IMG/VR virus record: IMGVR_UViG_3300045932_000268
Span: 1 to 63,947 of that record
DNA from: a virus
Taxonomy: Duplodnaviria; Caudoviricetes
Strand: one strand, 5' to 3'
Length of the DNA stretch: 63,947 nt
Of this stretch, positions 1-10,029 are shown piece by piece. Positions within the stretch are counted from its first letter, which is position 1. Every line of letters begins with the position of its first letter. A program made the translations under genes and the position numbers. Below the pieces are notes generated by a model, which made no database searches, was not told where the DNA came from, and worked only from the letters and a program-made list of their open reading frames with translations.

Positions 1-127
1 CAACTGCCGCCAAAGCCCCGGAGGAGGCCCGCGAAAAAGCTGTTGCCTTCCATCGTCGTGCGACTCTAGAAGCCGAGATGGAGGCTCTGCGTCTGCCACG
101 GGGGCGGATCCCAGATGCCGCCGCCCC
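1..127. repeat. Terminal direct repeat, copy 1 (circular assembly overlap)
   Basis: Bases 1-127 are identical to 63821-63947, and the late gene order continues across the junction. Confidence 0.95.
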
Positions 128-815
128 AGCCCCCGCCGCCCCCGCCGCCCCCGCCGCCCTTCCGCCGGAGCAGGTCGAGGAGCGTCCCCGATCCCGGCGC
201 GAACAGGTTCGCCGCCATCATGCCGATTCCCACGCCGAGGTCGGTCCACATCTTCCGGCGGCTCTCCGCCTCCTGGAGCGCCCCCTGCGTGGTGACGCCG
301 AGGCCCCGCATGCCGGTCTCTCCTCGGTTCAGCCCGATCTGCGCCAGTTCCCCGACCGCACTCCGCCGCGCCAGCGAGCGCAGCATGGCGACGTCGCTCG
401 CCGCCTGCAACCGGCTCTGCGCCAGCGCCCCGGCCTGCCCGCCGCCCCGCGGGGCGAATTCGGAAATCGCCCGCCGCGCCGTGTCGTACTGTGTCAGCAC
501 GCTCTCGGTTTCCGGCAGCATCGCTTCATCGATCGCCTGCGCGTCCCCGCCGAGCAGCTTCAGCAGGTGCGCCAGTACCGGCTGCAGCGCCGTCTGACTC
601 TGGCGCAGCGCCTCCTGGCTCTCGCCCCCCATCAGTGCGAGCATGGCTTTGGGGTCGCTGTAGTTCACCCCGGGCGTCGTGGCAATCCCCGGTGAGGGCG
701 GCAGCACATAGCGGCCCGGCAAACCGGGCTGGCCCCCACCGCTTGACACCATCGGGGACCGACTCGGCTCCCGTTGGTACTGCGGCATCAGCAGCGCACT
801 GGTTGGCGGTGGCAT
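66..815 (-). CDS. Putative DNA ejection/pilot protein
   Basis: Start MPPPTS at 815; Gly/Ala/Gln-rich helical protein with a C-terminal hydrophobic segment; first of three genes after the tail fibre. Confidence 0.5.
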   Translation of the reverse strand: MPPPTSALLMPQYQREPSRSPMVSSGGGQPGLPGRYVLPPSPGIATTPGVNYSDPKAMLALMGGESQEALRQSQTALQPVLAHLLKLLGGDAQAIDEAMLPETESVLTQYDTARRAISEFAPRGGGQAGALAQSRLQAASDVAMLRSLARRSAVGELAQIGLNRGETGMRGLGVTTQGALQEAESRRKMWTDLGVGIGMMAANLFAPGSGTLLDLLRRKGGGGGGGGGGWGGGIWDPPPWQTQSLHLGF

Positions 816-843
816 GGGCGCGAGTCTACTCCTTTCCGCACGG

Positions 844-1062
844 TCACGGCGCGGGGGTTCCAGCCGGACTCTCGTGCAGCGTACAGTCCTCGTCCCGCGC
901 GGCGTAGCTGGCCGTGGCGTCGAGCGCGTACTTCTGGGCGAGCTGCGTCCAGACGGCCTGGCGGCGCGTGCGCAGCGCCTCGACCCGCACCTGCGCCGCA
1001 TCGAGGTCGGCGGTGAGCGCGCGGAGCTGCCAGTAGTCGATCGGGTCGAGCGTGGTACTCAT
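844..1062 (-). CDS. Small coiled-coil hypothetical protein
   Basis: 72-aa ORF overlapping the upstream stop, in operon orientation. Confidence 0.6.
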   Translation of the reverse strand: MSTTLDPIDYWQLRALTADLDAAQVRVEALRTRRQAVWTQLAQKYALDATASYAARDEDCTLHESPAGTPAP

Positions 1063-1400
1063 GGCTGGGTGTCCAGGCCCGACAGGGCATTCCAGTAGGC
1101 GGAGACTTGCGAGAAGAGCGCCGCGTCGCTCACCGTGGTCACCGGACCCGAGTCTTCAAGCGTCACGGTGCCAATGACGTTTGGACCCCCGACGACCATG
1201 ACGGCCGACGACTGCGCCGCGCCGGACGGATTGTTGATCACCGTCGTGGCGTAGCTGGAGCGCTGCGTGTGGCCCGGCGTACTCGACGGCTCCTCCTTGA
1301 CCCCGCGCGCAACCTGCACGAGGACGTACTGCAGGCGTGTCTGGAAGTTGGCGTCCCGGGCGAGCGTCATCTGCAGGAAGCCTTCACTGAGCGGCGGCAT
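1059..1400 (-). CDS. Hypothetical protein (tail-fibre associated)
   Basis: Start MPPLSEGF at 1400 with an AAGGAG SD; directly follows the fibre gene. Confidence 0.65.
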   Translation of the reverse strand: MPPLSEGFLQMTLARDANFQTRLQYVLVQVARGVKEEPSSTPGHTQRSSYATTVINNPSGAAQSSAVMVVGGPNVIGTVTLEDSGPVTTVSDAALFSQVSAYWNALSGLDTQP

Positions 1401-4400
1401 GAGCACTCCTTTCGAGGCGGTCGAGGCGGGCGTGCAGGTCTTGAATCGCGGCGATGAGCGGGGCGGTGAGATGCGCGTAGCACACTTCCTCAGGACGGCC
1501 ATCCGCGCCACACACCGCCAGCCGGGGATCAACCGCCGCCACGTCTTCAGCAAGCAGGCCGACGCGGCGGACGCCCGCCTCGCTGATGTGCTCGAAGCTG
1601 ACCGGCTGCAGCGCCAGTAACGGCCGCCAGTCAGCGAGCGGCGCAATGGCGCGCTTGTAGCGCCGCGACGAGGACGACCGGCGGAGCAGCCCGCTGTTGT
1701 CGATGACGACGTTCGCCGCCACCCCATACGTGTTGTTGTAGATGTCGGGCGCGACGATCTCGGCGATGTCGCTCTTGAGCACCAGCTTGCTCGCCGAGCG
1801 GACGCAGAGACAGGCGTTGACGTAGGTCGTCGAGATGAGCGTGGCGGCGGTGCCGATCCAGCCGGTAGCGGCGCTCGATGTCAGGAACGTCACGTAGCCA
1901 CCGTTGGCGGAGGTTGAGTTGAACTGCCCCATGACGAAGTTGGTGGTGTCGAAATTGAAGTTGCCGTCGCTGCCACGCAGGTAGAACCAGACGCGGCTGG
2001 CGTTGGAGTTGAAGATGCGGAAGTAGGCGCTGGCGTGGTTGGAGAGCAGCGCATTGATCGAGCCGGGATAGGAGGCATGTTGATTGCCGCAGACCCAGAA
2101 GTAGGCCGCGCGGTTGCCGTCGGCGCCGCTGCAGCCAGAGAGCAGGATGTGCCCGGAGTCCGCGCCGGCGGCGGTGTTCGCGAACAGCTGCCCCAACACG
2201 TTCATGTAGATCGTGTTGCCGCCCGGATTCAGCATGGAGATGTAGCCGCTGGACGAGCCCACATAGAGGACGCCCGTCACGTTGACGGTGCCCCCGCTCA
2301 TCGACACGTTGTTGTAGAAGGTCGTGGCCCCCGTGTTGTCCATGTACAGCGCCCAGTTGGCGTCCGCCCTGACGATGCCGAAGTAGGAGCCGGCGACGTT
2401 GCCCATCTCGATGCGGACGCTGCCGGGATAGGCGCTGGTGTTGCCGCCGACGAGCAGCCACGCCCCGGTCGCCCGGTCGGCGGTATAACTCCCGCACAGC
2501 GTCAGGAAGCTGGTGCTGTTGGGCGTCGAGATGTAATTGGACCCGGCGGCCTTGCTCAGGCGAATGTCGTAGTAGAAGGTCGCCAGCCCGGTCGCGCCGT
2601 CAATCGTCTGCGCGACGATGCCGTCCCCTCTGTACAACTGGATGGCGGACCCGGCGACGTTGCCGGCGATGATCTGCGCGACGCCGGCCGCAGCACCCTC
2701 GTTGCCGTAGACGCGCACGATCGCGCCGCGGTCGCGCGGTGAGCCGGCGGCCTGATAGCCGCCGCCATGGAGCGTGATCGAGGCGTTGTCGGCCCCGTCG
2801 AGCGTCTCGGGGTTGATGCTCACCGCGGTGCCGCTGAGGAGCAGGCGATCGGCGAGGCGCGTGATGCCCGCCGAAACGTAGAGCGCATAGTTGTTCACGC
2901 CGCCGGTCGGGGCGCCCGTGATGTTCAGCGACGCGGCGTTGGTCACCGCGGCCGCGCCTCCGGCGATCACGGGCGGGAGGATCAGAAGTCCCGCGACGTT
3001 CGGGTGCGTGCCACTCGCGGCCTTCGTGACGGTGATGTACGACGCGATGCCATACGCCGCCTGGCCGACGACCGGCGCAATCGTCTGATTCTGGTAGAAC
3101 CCGGTCGCGCCGTAGCCGCCGACGCCGTCCGGCGTGCTGTGCGTGCCGTTCATCCACAGGGCGATGTTGGGATTGCGCGCTGGCCCGATGGCGTGGTAGC
3201 CGGGCGCGAGGACCTGCAGGCTGCCGGTCGTGAGCAGGTCGGTCGTCTTGTCGAAGGTCAGCCCGCTGTCGCCGCCGAACGCCCCGCCGTCGTTGAACTG
3301 CACCTGCGTCGTGAGCCCGCCGGGCGTGCCGCCGCCACCACCCGGCGGGGCGGCAAACGTCCCGTCGGCGCGCAGGTAGGTCGTCGTGCCGCCCGGGTAG
3401 CCGCCGGTGTGCTTTAGGACGTTGCCGGAGAGGCGCGCGTCGGGAACTGTGCCGGTCGCCAGGTCGTTGGCGTCGAGGTTGGTGAGATTCGCGCCGGAGA
3501 CCGCCGGCAAGGTCGCCGGGAAGCGCGCATCGGGCAGCGTGCCGGAGGTGAGCACCGCGGCGCTGAGCGCATCGATCGGGTCGCTGCCCCCGGTCTCGTG
3601 CGTCGTGGCGTGCGCACCGCCGCTGCCGGCCGCCGCCCAGGTGCGATCGGCGCTGAGGAAGAGCGCCTCGCCGGTGCGCAGCGCCGGGGGGTAGCCGGCC
3701 AGCGCGGTGATGTCGACTTCGTCGATCGCGCCGTCGTAGTGCGTCGAGGCGTGCGGAGCCAGCGCACTGGTCCCGCCGCCCGCAAACTGCAGCGCCACCT
3801 CTTCGCCGTCGGCAATCGCCGCCCCGTTGGCGACCCAGACCACCGGGAAGGCAAAGTAGTCCCCGATCTCCGTGCCCTCCGCCGTCGTGCGGACCTTGGC
3901 GAAGCGGGTGGCGTCCGCGCGCTGCTGCACGTAGATCGTGGCACCGGCGGGTTGCGCGGCCAGGCCGGCGTGGACGTCGGTGCCCCCGCGCGTGTAGCGG
4001 CTGATCCACACCGTCGTGACGGCGGTATAGGGATGCCCCGCGTTGAAGCGAATCTCCTGCGCGGCCGGGGGCGCGGTGGTCGCCGCGTCGAAGTCGTAGC
4101 TGAAGATCGGCGAGCCGGTCGGCGGCAGCACCCACGCGCCCTCACCGTTCAGCATGTGCGCCGGGTTCCCGGACAGCTTCGGCAAAAACCCGTGGGCGTC
4201 GATCGTGGCGTTGTTGTCCTCGATGTCGAAGACCGCCAAGTGGGCGTCTTCCACCGGCGCGAATGCCGGCAGGGCCGCGCCGTTCAGATAGAGCGTCGGA
4301 TCGTTGGGACTCGGCGGCAGCGTGCCGACCGCGTCGGTGATCGTGACCGGCGCCACGCCGCCCGTGGAGAGCGCGCGGCTGATCGCCTGCACCTGCTGCT

Positions 4401-4560
4401 CGCTCGGGGGACTCGTGGTCGCGTGCTCCATCCGGTCCTCGAGCGCGGTGAGGCCGGCGGACACATGCTCGTGCGCGCGGCGCAGGAGCTCGACGGCGAC
4501 CGCCGCGTCGTGCGGCACCTGCCCGTGCAGCGTCGGCAGTTTCAGCGTCTGATGCGGCAT
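1384..4560 (-). CDS. Tail fibre with C-terminal intramolecular chaperone (peptidase S74)
   Basis: SSSRRYKRAI...LQPVSF...VGLLAEDVAAVDP...LIAAIQDL is the S74 signature; Gly/Ala/Thr-rich repetitive shaft. Confidence 0.85.
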   Translation of the reverse strand: MPHQTLKLPTLHGQVPHDAAVAVELLRRAHEHVSAGLTALEDRMEHATTSPPSEQQVQAISRALSTGGVAPVTITDAVGTLPPSPNDPTLYLNGAALPAFAPVEDAHLAVFDIEDNNATIDAHGFLPKLSGNPAHMLNGEGAWVLPPTGSPIFSYDFDAATTAPPAAQEIRFNAGHPYTAVTTVWISRYTRGGTDVHAGLAAQPAGATIYVQQRADATRFAKVRTTAEGTEIGDYFAFPVVWVANGAAIADGEEVALQFAGGGTSALAPHASTHYDGAIDEVDITALAGYPPALRTGEALFLSADRTWAAAGSGGAHATTHETGGSDPIDALSAAVLTSGTLPDARFPATLPAVSGANLTNLDANDLATGTVPDARLSGNVLKHTGGYPGGTTTYLRADGTFAAPPGGGGGTPGGLTTQVQFNDGGAFGGDSGLTFDKTTDLLTTGSLQVLAPGYHAIGPARNPNIALWMNGTHSTPDGVGGYGATGFYQNQTIAPVVGQAAYGIASYITVTKAASGTHPNVAGLLILPPVIAGGAAAVTNAASLNITGAPTGGVNNYALYVSAGITRLADRLLLSGTAVSINPETLDGADNASITLHGGGYQAAGSPRDRGAIVRVYGNEGAAAGVAQIIAGNVAGSAIQLYRGDGIVAQTIDGATGLATFYYDIRLSKAAGSNYISTPNSTSFLTLCGSYTADRATGAWLLVGGNTSAYPGSVRIEMGNVAGSYFGIVRADANWALYMDNTGATTFYNNVSMSGGTVNVTGVLYVGSSSGYISMLNPGGNTIYMNVLGQLFANTAAGADSGHILLSGCSGADGNRAAYFWVCGNQHASYPGSINALLSNHASAYFRIFNSNASRVWFYLRGSDGNFNFDTTNFVMGQFNSTSANGGYVTFLTSSAATGWIGTAATLISTTYVNACLCVRSASKLVLKSDIAEIVAPDIYNNTYGVAANVVIDNSGLLRRSSSSRRYKRAIAPLADWRPLLALQPVSFEHISEAGVRRVGLLAEDVAAVDPRLAVCGADGRPEEVCYAHLTAPLIAAIQDLHARLDRLERSAHAAAQ

Positions 4561-4564
4561 GCCC

Positions 4565-4756
4565 TTAGTCCACGGTCTCCTCGTCCGGGTCGAGCGGGAC
4601 GCCCGCCCGCGACAACCGGGCCACAAACGAGGCCCACGCCCGTTCACTCAGCACGAGCGTGCCATTCAGCTTCCACGTCGCCTCGGCATTGGGCGCTTCG
4701 AACCAGCGCACGTGGTAGTGCGCCCCCGCGTGCCGATACAGTGCCTTGAATTCCAT
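4565..4756 (-). CDS. Small hypothetical protein
   Basis: MEFKALYRH... fills the gap between nozzle and fibre genes. Confidence 0.5.
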   Translation of the reverse strand: MEFKALYRHAGAHYHVRWFEAPNAEATWKLNGTLVLSERAWASFVARLSRAGVPLDPDEETVD

Positions 4757-4766
4757 CGCGCCGATC

Positions 4767-7700
4767 CTAAATCCGCGCGCCACCGAATTCCCGGCTCAGA
4801 TCCCCGAAGGGTCGCAGAATCTGATACGGCTCCGGATGCCCCCACGGCTTCGCCCGGACCTCGATGTCCTTGAGGAAGATCCGCATGCGCTCGCTACCAT
4901 CCACGCTGCGCAGCGCGTACTGGTAGACCTTGCCCTTGTTCGGGCGCTGCAGGATCTCCGTCTTGACAAACGCGTTGGCTGAGGACGCAATCCGGTAGCT
5001 CTCGGGCTTGCCGTCCGCCGTCACGATCAGATCGAAATCGACGAGGGACATGTGCGCAATCAGCACGCGTTCGACGTGCCCGTAACCGGGGAAGTCGTGC
5101 GTGGTCGGCTGCGTGATCCAGTAGGCGGCCAGCTCCGGCGACGGCTCCCACACCCAGCGGTGCCGATAGTAAATCCAGTCGGCATCGCCCTCCGGCACCA
5201 GCCGCAGCAGATGCGCGATGAAGGGGGTTGAGAAACTGTGCGCCGTCTGCAGTTGCTGATCCCCGCCATTCACCGTCATCGTGGCCCCGACCTGGCCCCC
5301 GTCGTACTCCACCCGGACCGTGCGCGGGTCCCCGTTGGTGTCGGCCTCGACGAGCACGCCCTGCATGAACTTGGCGCCGAAGTAGCCGGCGTCGTCCCAG
5401 TCGGTCGCCCGCTTCCCCGTGAGGTCGCCCTTGGGAATGATCGAGGCGCTCCACCAGTAGAACGACGGCACGACGACATCGGCCCCCTGGAGGTCAAGGC
5501 CGACGTTCTTGGCCATCTCGCCCTCGCCGTTGTCGAGGTCGAGCACGAAGGTCTCGCGGCCGATGGCCCCCGCCCCGACCACCTGCGCGGGCGCGGTGCG
5601 CGTGAAGTCGTCGAATCCGGCAATCACCGTCACGCCGTTTCCCCCGGCGGCATCGACCCCGAGTGCCAGATCCCCGACGAGCTTCTCCTTGCGCGGATCC
5701 CCGCCATCGGGCCGCGGCGTCTGGATGTGGTAGGCAATGGCCGCCCCGTCATCGCCGGTGCCGTGCGCGTAGTGGGCAATCACGCCGTCCGTGTGACCGA
5801 TCAGGACGTCGTGCACCCCGGTCCCCGGCTCGCCCACGTGCACGAGCGCCGCGTCCGGATAGCGGTCGAGGAACCACCGGTCGGCTTTCAGGTCGTAGAC
5901 GAGCGTGCGGTCGTTGCCCGTCCCCGCCGCCTGGTAATCGAAGTAGACATACCCGTCGGCATAGCCGAGCCGCAGGCCGGTGCGGTGGGTCATGTCGGGC
6001 GGCGGCACGCCGTTGACCGTCCGGCCCGGCTGGCCCTGGTGCGGGAAGAGCGCGTAGAGATCCTTGTCGGTCAGCGACACCGCCGGGGCGCCGGCGTTGG
6101 TCAGGTAGATGCCGTCCTTGGCGAGGAACACCGGCCCCTGCGGCGTCAGGCACCACGCCCACCGCGTCCACAGCCCGCGCCCGCACGGCAGCACGTTGGT
6201 CGTGAACAGGTTCGGGCGCCCGAAGTCCGGCAGGATGCGGTAGAGATCCTCGCTGCTCCAGACAAACGCAGCGTTGTCCCACACGAACCCGTTCAGGAGC
6301 GGGGTCGAGGGACTGGTGACGGAGAGGCTGTGCGTCTCGCGCGTCAGATCGGGGTTGTGCGCCACGGTCCACTGCAGCTCGCCGGGATTGACCGGATCCC
6401 CGACCGCGAAGTAGTAGCCTTCGAACGGCCCCCAGAGCGTCGGGAGCCACGTCCCCATCACCGTCGGCGACGGCAGTTCGACCGTCGTGCTGGCCACCGG
6501 CCGCATGCTGTCGACGACCTCGAGGAAGTCCGCCGAGGCGGGCTGCTTGTAGAGTTGCGTCGTGATGCCGTTGACGAGCACCACCGATCCGGGGGCCCAC
6601 GCCGGATTGAAGGCATCGCCGGAGAGCCGCCGCACGGCGGTGCCGACGACCTGCACGGTCGCCACCCGCGGCACATCGCCCAGGGGCCACGGCTGGAAGT
6701 CGGTGTAGTCCGGCAGGAGCGTCTTGTCGAGCGCCTGATCCGGAAAGTCGTCCAGGAAGGGCGCGGTCGTATTCGGGGTCGATCCCAGATACGCCCCCTT
6801 CGTAAGCGTGGCCCCGATCCGGAAGTAATCGATCGTATCGACCTGCGGATCCGGCGAGACCGGACAGGTCAGTTCGATCCGCTGCCGCCGCGGGAGCACG
6901 CCGCCGCGGCTCATCGGCCCCGGCCGACTGGTGGCGCCGGTGGCCTTGGAGCGATAGCGGGCCGCATAGATGTAGGGCGTCCCCAGGTCCCCGACATCCG
7001 CGCCGAAGCCCCCGCCGATCCACGCGCTGTCGTAGGCCACGGTGATCGCCCCGTACTTGGAGGTCGCATTCACCAGCACCTGCATGGCCTTGACGTGGCG
7101 CAGGCTGCGTGTCGGGTCGGTGCCGATCCGGATCATGTCCTTGACGCGCCAGCGCAGTTCAATCCACTGGTGGTTGCCGAGCGAGAGTTGCGTGGTCGTC
7201 TCCGGCCCCATCTGCCGCGGCCCCTCCCGCGGCACCGCCGTGCTCCGCCCGGCATCCACGACCGGCACCGTCGCCGTGCCCGTGAAGTCCCGGATCGCCG
7301 CGATGAGGTCGTTGGCTTCGAAGGCCGCGAAGTAGATGTTGCGGGTGAAATCGGTCACCGTGGCATCGCAGTCGAAGAGCACCCGGATCTCCTTCACCCC
7401 GTCGAGCCGGTCGATGTTGACCGAGACGTGCAGTTCATCGTCGGGCTGCGTCATCCGGTCCCCGATCTCGGAGAGGTCGTAGGTGGCGACGGCCGACTGC
7501 GCGCCGGCGGTGATGTCGACCTGCTTGTCGATCATGGTCGAGGTCGGCGTCAGCACGTGCTGAATAGCCTTGGACACGACCGTCTCGCCCGCACTGTGCG
7601 CGTCCTCGAGCCAGACGCGGCACGTCGGCACGCCGACCAGCGCCTCGCCCACGCTATGCACCGTCGTGGTCGCGCAGCGGAACGAGAGCAGCCCATCCTT

Positions 7701-8705
7701 GCCGCTGGCGATCGACAGGATGCGGACGTATTCGGTGTCGATCCGCACGAGGCCATCGACGACGAAGGCCTGCCGCGCCGTCACCGTCGCCACCGCCTCG
7801 GGATCGATACTGCTGCCGAGCGGCGGGGCCCCGCTCGGTTGCGTCACATAGCGGGCGTGGATGTACTGCCAGTCCACGGTCCGCACATGCGCGAGGAGAT
7901 TGCCGGCTGCTTGAATCGTGCAGAGGCCCGGCCCGACGCCATCATCGTAGAGAATGCCGTCGATCGTGGTGTCGGCGACCGCCAGCTTGACATCCTGGAC
8001 GAGCGTTTCTTCGGTGCCGATCGTCAGCAGCATGCCGATGCCGACGTTGACGGTGGAGGCGAGGGCCACCCCGGCATGGCCCGTCGTCCCCGCGTCGTAG
8101 ACCACCGCGGTCGCCGTGGTGTTGACGCGATTGATGACCGAGAGGGGCCCCGCCACGACGCCCATCGGGATCCAGGTAATGGGTCCTTCAAAGCTCTCGA
8201 TCACGCGTAGGCGCGGGGCTGCCAGCCGCACCGTCGGCGGATCGCGTGGCGGGGCAATGCCGGTCTCATAGAGGAGACCGAGAACGTTCAGTTTCCGCTG
8301 CCGCAGCCGGTCCGCCACGTAGAGCCAGGGCTGCGGGGTGCCGATGGGTTGCGCCGCCAACACCGTCAGCGGCTCGCCCGAATAGCCGCTATCGACGGCG
8401 GTCAGCGTGGCCCCGGCGGTGGTCGGCCCCACAAAGAGCTGATCCCCGGCGCCGGCGACGCGCCGGTTCGGGATGCCGCCGTTGAAGGGCGTGGCATCGT
8501 TGAGCCGGGCGATGGTGTGGACCTCGGTCTCCCCGGGCGTCGTCGCCACCGACACGGTGCCCGGCCGCACGTGCAGCGTGCCTTCGACGTAGCTGCGCAC
8601 GTTGAGCAGGAACGGATACTTCCCCTCCGGCAGCAGGTCGGGCGGCAGGACGAGCGACAGCCCGCGGCAGAGGAACCGCATGACTTGGTTGACAAACTCA
8701 GCCAC
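4767..8705 (-). CDS. Tail nozzle / tubular protein B-like (P22 gp10-like) with insertions
   Basis: 1312 aa, beta-rich; propeller-like C-terminal half (VFLAKDGIY, TLVYDLKADRW); position after the adaptor. Confidence 0.6.
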   Translation of the reverse strand: MAEFVNQVMRFLCRGLSLVLPPDLLPEGKYPFLLNVRSYVEGTLHVRPGTVSVATTPGETEVHTIARLNDATPFNGGIPNRRVAGAGDQLFVGPTTAGATLTAVDSGYSGEPLTVLAAQPIGTPQPWLYVADRLRQRKLNVLGLLYETGIAPPRDPPTVRLAAPRLRVIESFEGPITWIPMGVVAGPLSVINRVNTTATAVVYDAGTTGHAGVALASTVNVGIGMLLTIGTEETLVQDVKLAVADTTIDGILYDDGVGPGLCTIQAAGNLLAHVRTVDWQYIHARYVTQPSGAPPLGSSIDPEAVATVTARQAFVVDGLVRIDTEYVRILSIASGKDGLLSFRCATTTVHSVGEALVGVPTCRVWLEDAHSAGETVVSKAIQHVLTPTSTMIDKQVDITAGAQSAVATYDLSEIGDRMTQPDDELHVSVNIDRLDGVKEIRVLFDCDATVTDFTRNIYFAAFEANDLIAAIRDFTGTATVPVVDAGRSTAVPREGPRQMGPETTTQLSLGNHQWIELRWRVKDMIRIGTDPTRSLRHVKAMQVLVNATSKYGAITVAYDSAWIGGGFGADVGDLGTPYIYAARYRSKATGATSRPGPMSRGGVLPRRQRIELTCPVSPDPQVDTIDYFRIGATLTKGAYLGSTPNTTAPFLDDFPDQALDKTLLPDYTDFQPWPLGDVPRVATVQVVGTAVRRLSGDAFNPAWAPGSVVLVNGITTQLYKQPASADFLEVVDSMRPVASTTVELPSPTVMGTWLPTLWGPFEGYYFAVGDPVNPGELQWTVAHNPDLTRETHSLSVTSPSTPLLNGFVWDNAAFVWSSEDLYRILPDFGRPNLFTTNVLPCGRGLWTRWAWCLTPQGPVFLAKDGIYLTNAGAPAVSLTDKDLYALFPHQGQPGRTVNGVPPPDMTHRTGLRLGYADGYVYFDYQAAGTGNDRTLVYDLKADRWFLDRYPDAALVHVGEPGTGVHDVLIGHTDGVIAHYAHGTGDDGAAIAYHIQTPRPDGGDPRKEKLVGDLALGVDAAGGNGVTVIAGFDDFTRTAPAQVVGAGAIGRETFVLDLDNGEGEMAKNVGLDLQGADVVVPSFYWWSASIIPKGDLTGKRATDWDDAGYFGAKFMQGVLVEADTNGDPRTVRVEYDGGQVGATMTVNGGDQQLQTAHSFSTPFIAHLLRLVPEGDADWIYYRHRWVWEPSPELAAYWITQPTTHDFPGYGHVERVLIAHMSLVDFDLIVTADGKPESYRIASSANAFVKTEILQRPNKGKVYQYALRSVDGSERMRIFLKDIEVRAKPWGHPEPYQILRPFGDLSREFGGARI

Positions 8706-10029
8706 GCGCCGGCTCCGTGAGGCGCGGCGTCTCCGCCTCGTCGCGCGCCGATTGACTCACCAGGTGCGGCCGCCGCGCCGTCTGGCCCCAGTCGAGCGCA
8801 TCGGTCACCCCCGCCATGCGCAGGAACCGCTCGAGCAGCGGCTGCGTACTCGTCACCCCGTCCGGGCCTTCCTTGAAGAGCGCCAGATGCTCGGCGTAGT
8901 CGTAGAGCATGTCGAGCAGCTCGGGCCCCACCTGCAGCGACTGGTCCGGGGTCGGGGGCATCGGGGCCCGCCGCACGACGTCGAGGGTCACACTGTAGTT
9001 GGTCGCGCCGGCATTGGGCACCGGCGTCAGCGCCACCAGATCGCCGGCGATCAGGACGAGCTCGGGAACGCCGGTGCCGGTCTGCCAGCGCGGGAGATAG
9101 CGGTCCGCTTCGGAGAGCGTATCGATCGGGACGACGACGTTGTTGATGCGCGCCGCCCACACCGTGGAGCGCGCCTTGGCTGCCGTCACGCCTTGCTGCC
9201 ACCGCGCCTCGCAGTAGGCCCCGCGCGTCACGTCGAGCGCCAGCCCGTCCTTGCCGAGCAGGTCCGCCAGCGCCCCGAACTTCACCACCCACGCCCAGTC
9301 ATCGGGCACGCCGAGCACGGTCAACGGCACCAGCGTCAGCTTCGGGCCGCGCGTCACCACGACCAGATCGAGGATCCCGGTATCGAGCGGCGGGGGCACC
9401 ACTTGGAGCACCAACGGCGGCGTCTCCCCAACCGAATAGGTCACCGGATCGGCGGGGGGCCGCATCGGGCGCTGTACCCAATCGGGCGCGTAATGGTTGG
9501 CGGTCCAGACATCCTCGCGCAGGAGCGGGATCACGGTGCCGTCGGTGCGCTGCCACGCCCCGCGCCGCACGGTCATGACCGCTTCGTCGAGCGGCACACG
9601 CCCGTCCGGTGGCGGCGCAATGGGATAGCGCACCCACTGCTGCACCAGTCCCGTCTCCAGCCGGAACTGATCGCGGCGCCGGAGGAGGGCACTGAGCACG
9701 TCGTCCAGCGTGAACTGATCCGTGCCGGTCCAGCTCAGGCCCGGCGGCTCGAGCAGGTGCCGCTGGATCTGCTGCACCACGTCCGCCACGGTGACCGATT
9801 GGCCGCAGAGCTGTGCCAGTGTCGTCGTCAGGTCGTAGAACGGCTGGCCCGCTGTGGTTTCGAAGGTGCCGTGATCGCGAAAGTGGCCGGTGAGCGCGTT
9901 CCACGTCCGGAGCGCCTCGCGCACGTAGTCGGTCACTTCGGCCTGGCTGAAGCGGACGAAGCCCGGATCGGCGAGCCGCGCCGCCACGTCCTGGACCGCC
10001 CGGGTCAGCGAGGTCGTCTGGTAGGCCAC
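8698..10029 (-). CDS. Head-tail adaptor-like protein (internally duplicated)
   Basis: N-terminal helical hairpin (VAARLADP..RFSQAEVTDYVREAL), AGQPFYDL motif, C-terminal helix; precedes the nozzle. Confidence 0.6.
   Translation of the reverse strand: MAYQTTSLTRAVQDVAARLADPGFVRFSQAEVTDYVREALRTWNALTGHFRDHGTFETTAGQPFYDLTTTLAQLCGQSVTVADVVQQIQRHLLEPPGLSWTGTDQFTLDDVLSALLRRRDQFRLETGLVQQWVRYPIAPPPDGRVPLDEAVMTVRRGAWQRTDGTVIPLLREDVWTANHYAPDWVQRPMRPPADPVTYSVGETPPLVLQVVPPPLDTGILDLVVVTRGPKLTLVPLTVLGVPDDWAWVVKFGALADLLGKDGLALDVTRGAYCEARWQQGVTAAKARSTVWAARINNVVVPIDTLSEADRYLPRWQTGTGVPELVLIAGDLVALTPVPNAGATNYSVTLDVVRRAPMPPTPDQSLQVGPELLDMLYDYAEHLALFKEGPDGVTSTQPLLERFLRMAGVTDALDWGQTARRPHLVSQSARDEAETPRLTEPARG

Noticed and set aside
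1-127. Biological direct terminal repeat
   Set aside because: 127 bp equals a common assembler k-mer and the repeat cuts through genes of the late operon; more likely a circular overlap.
1384-2800. Diversity-generating retroelement acting on the tail fibre
   Set aside because: No reverse transcriptase and no TR/VR nucleotide repeat pair seen.
5238-8210. 990-aa plus-strand ORF, and similar long ORFs at 12281-14845, 21751-23799, 25801-28014, 41539-43428 and 46825-49017
   Set aside because: Antisense shadows of well-supported genes in high-GC DNA; Arg/Gly/Pro-rich with no motifs.
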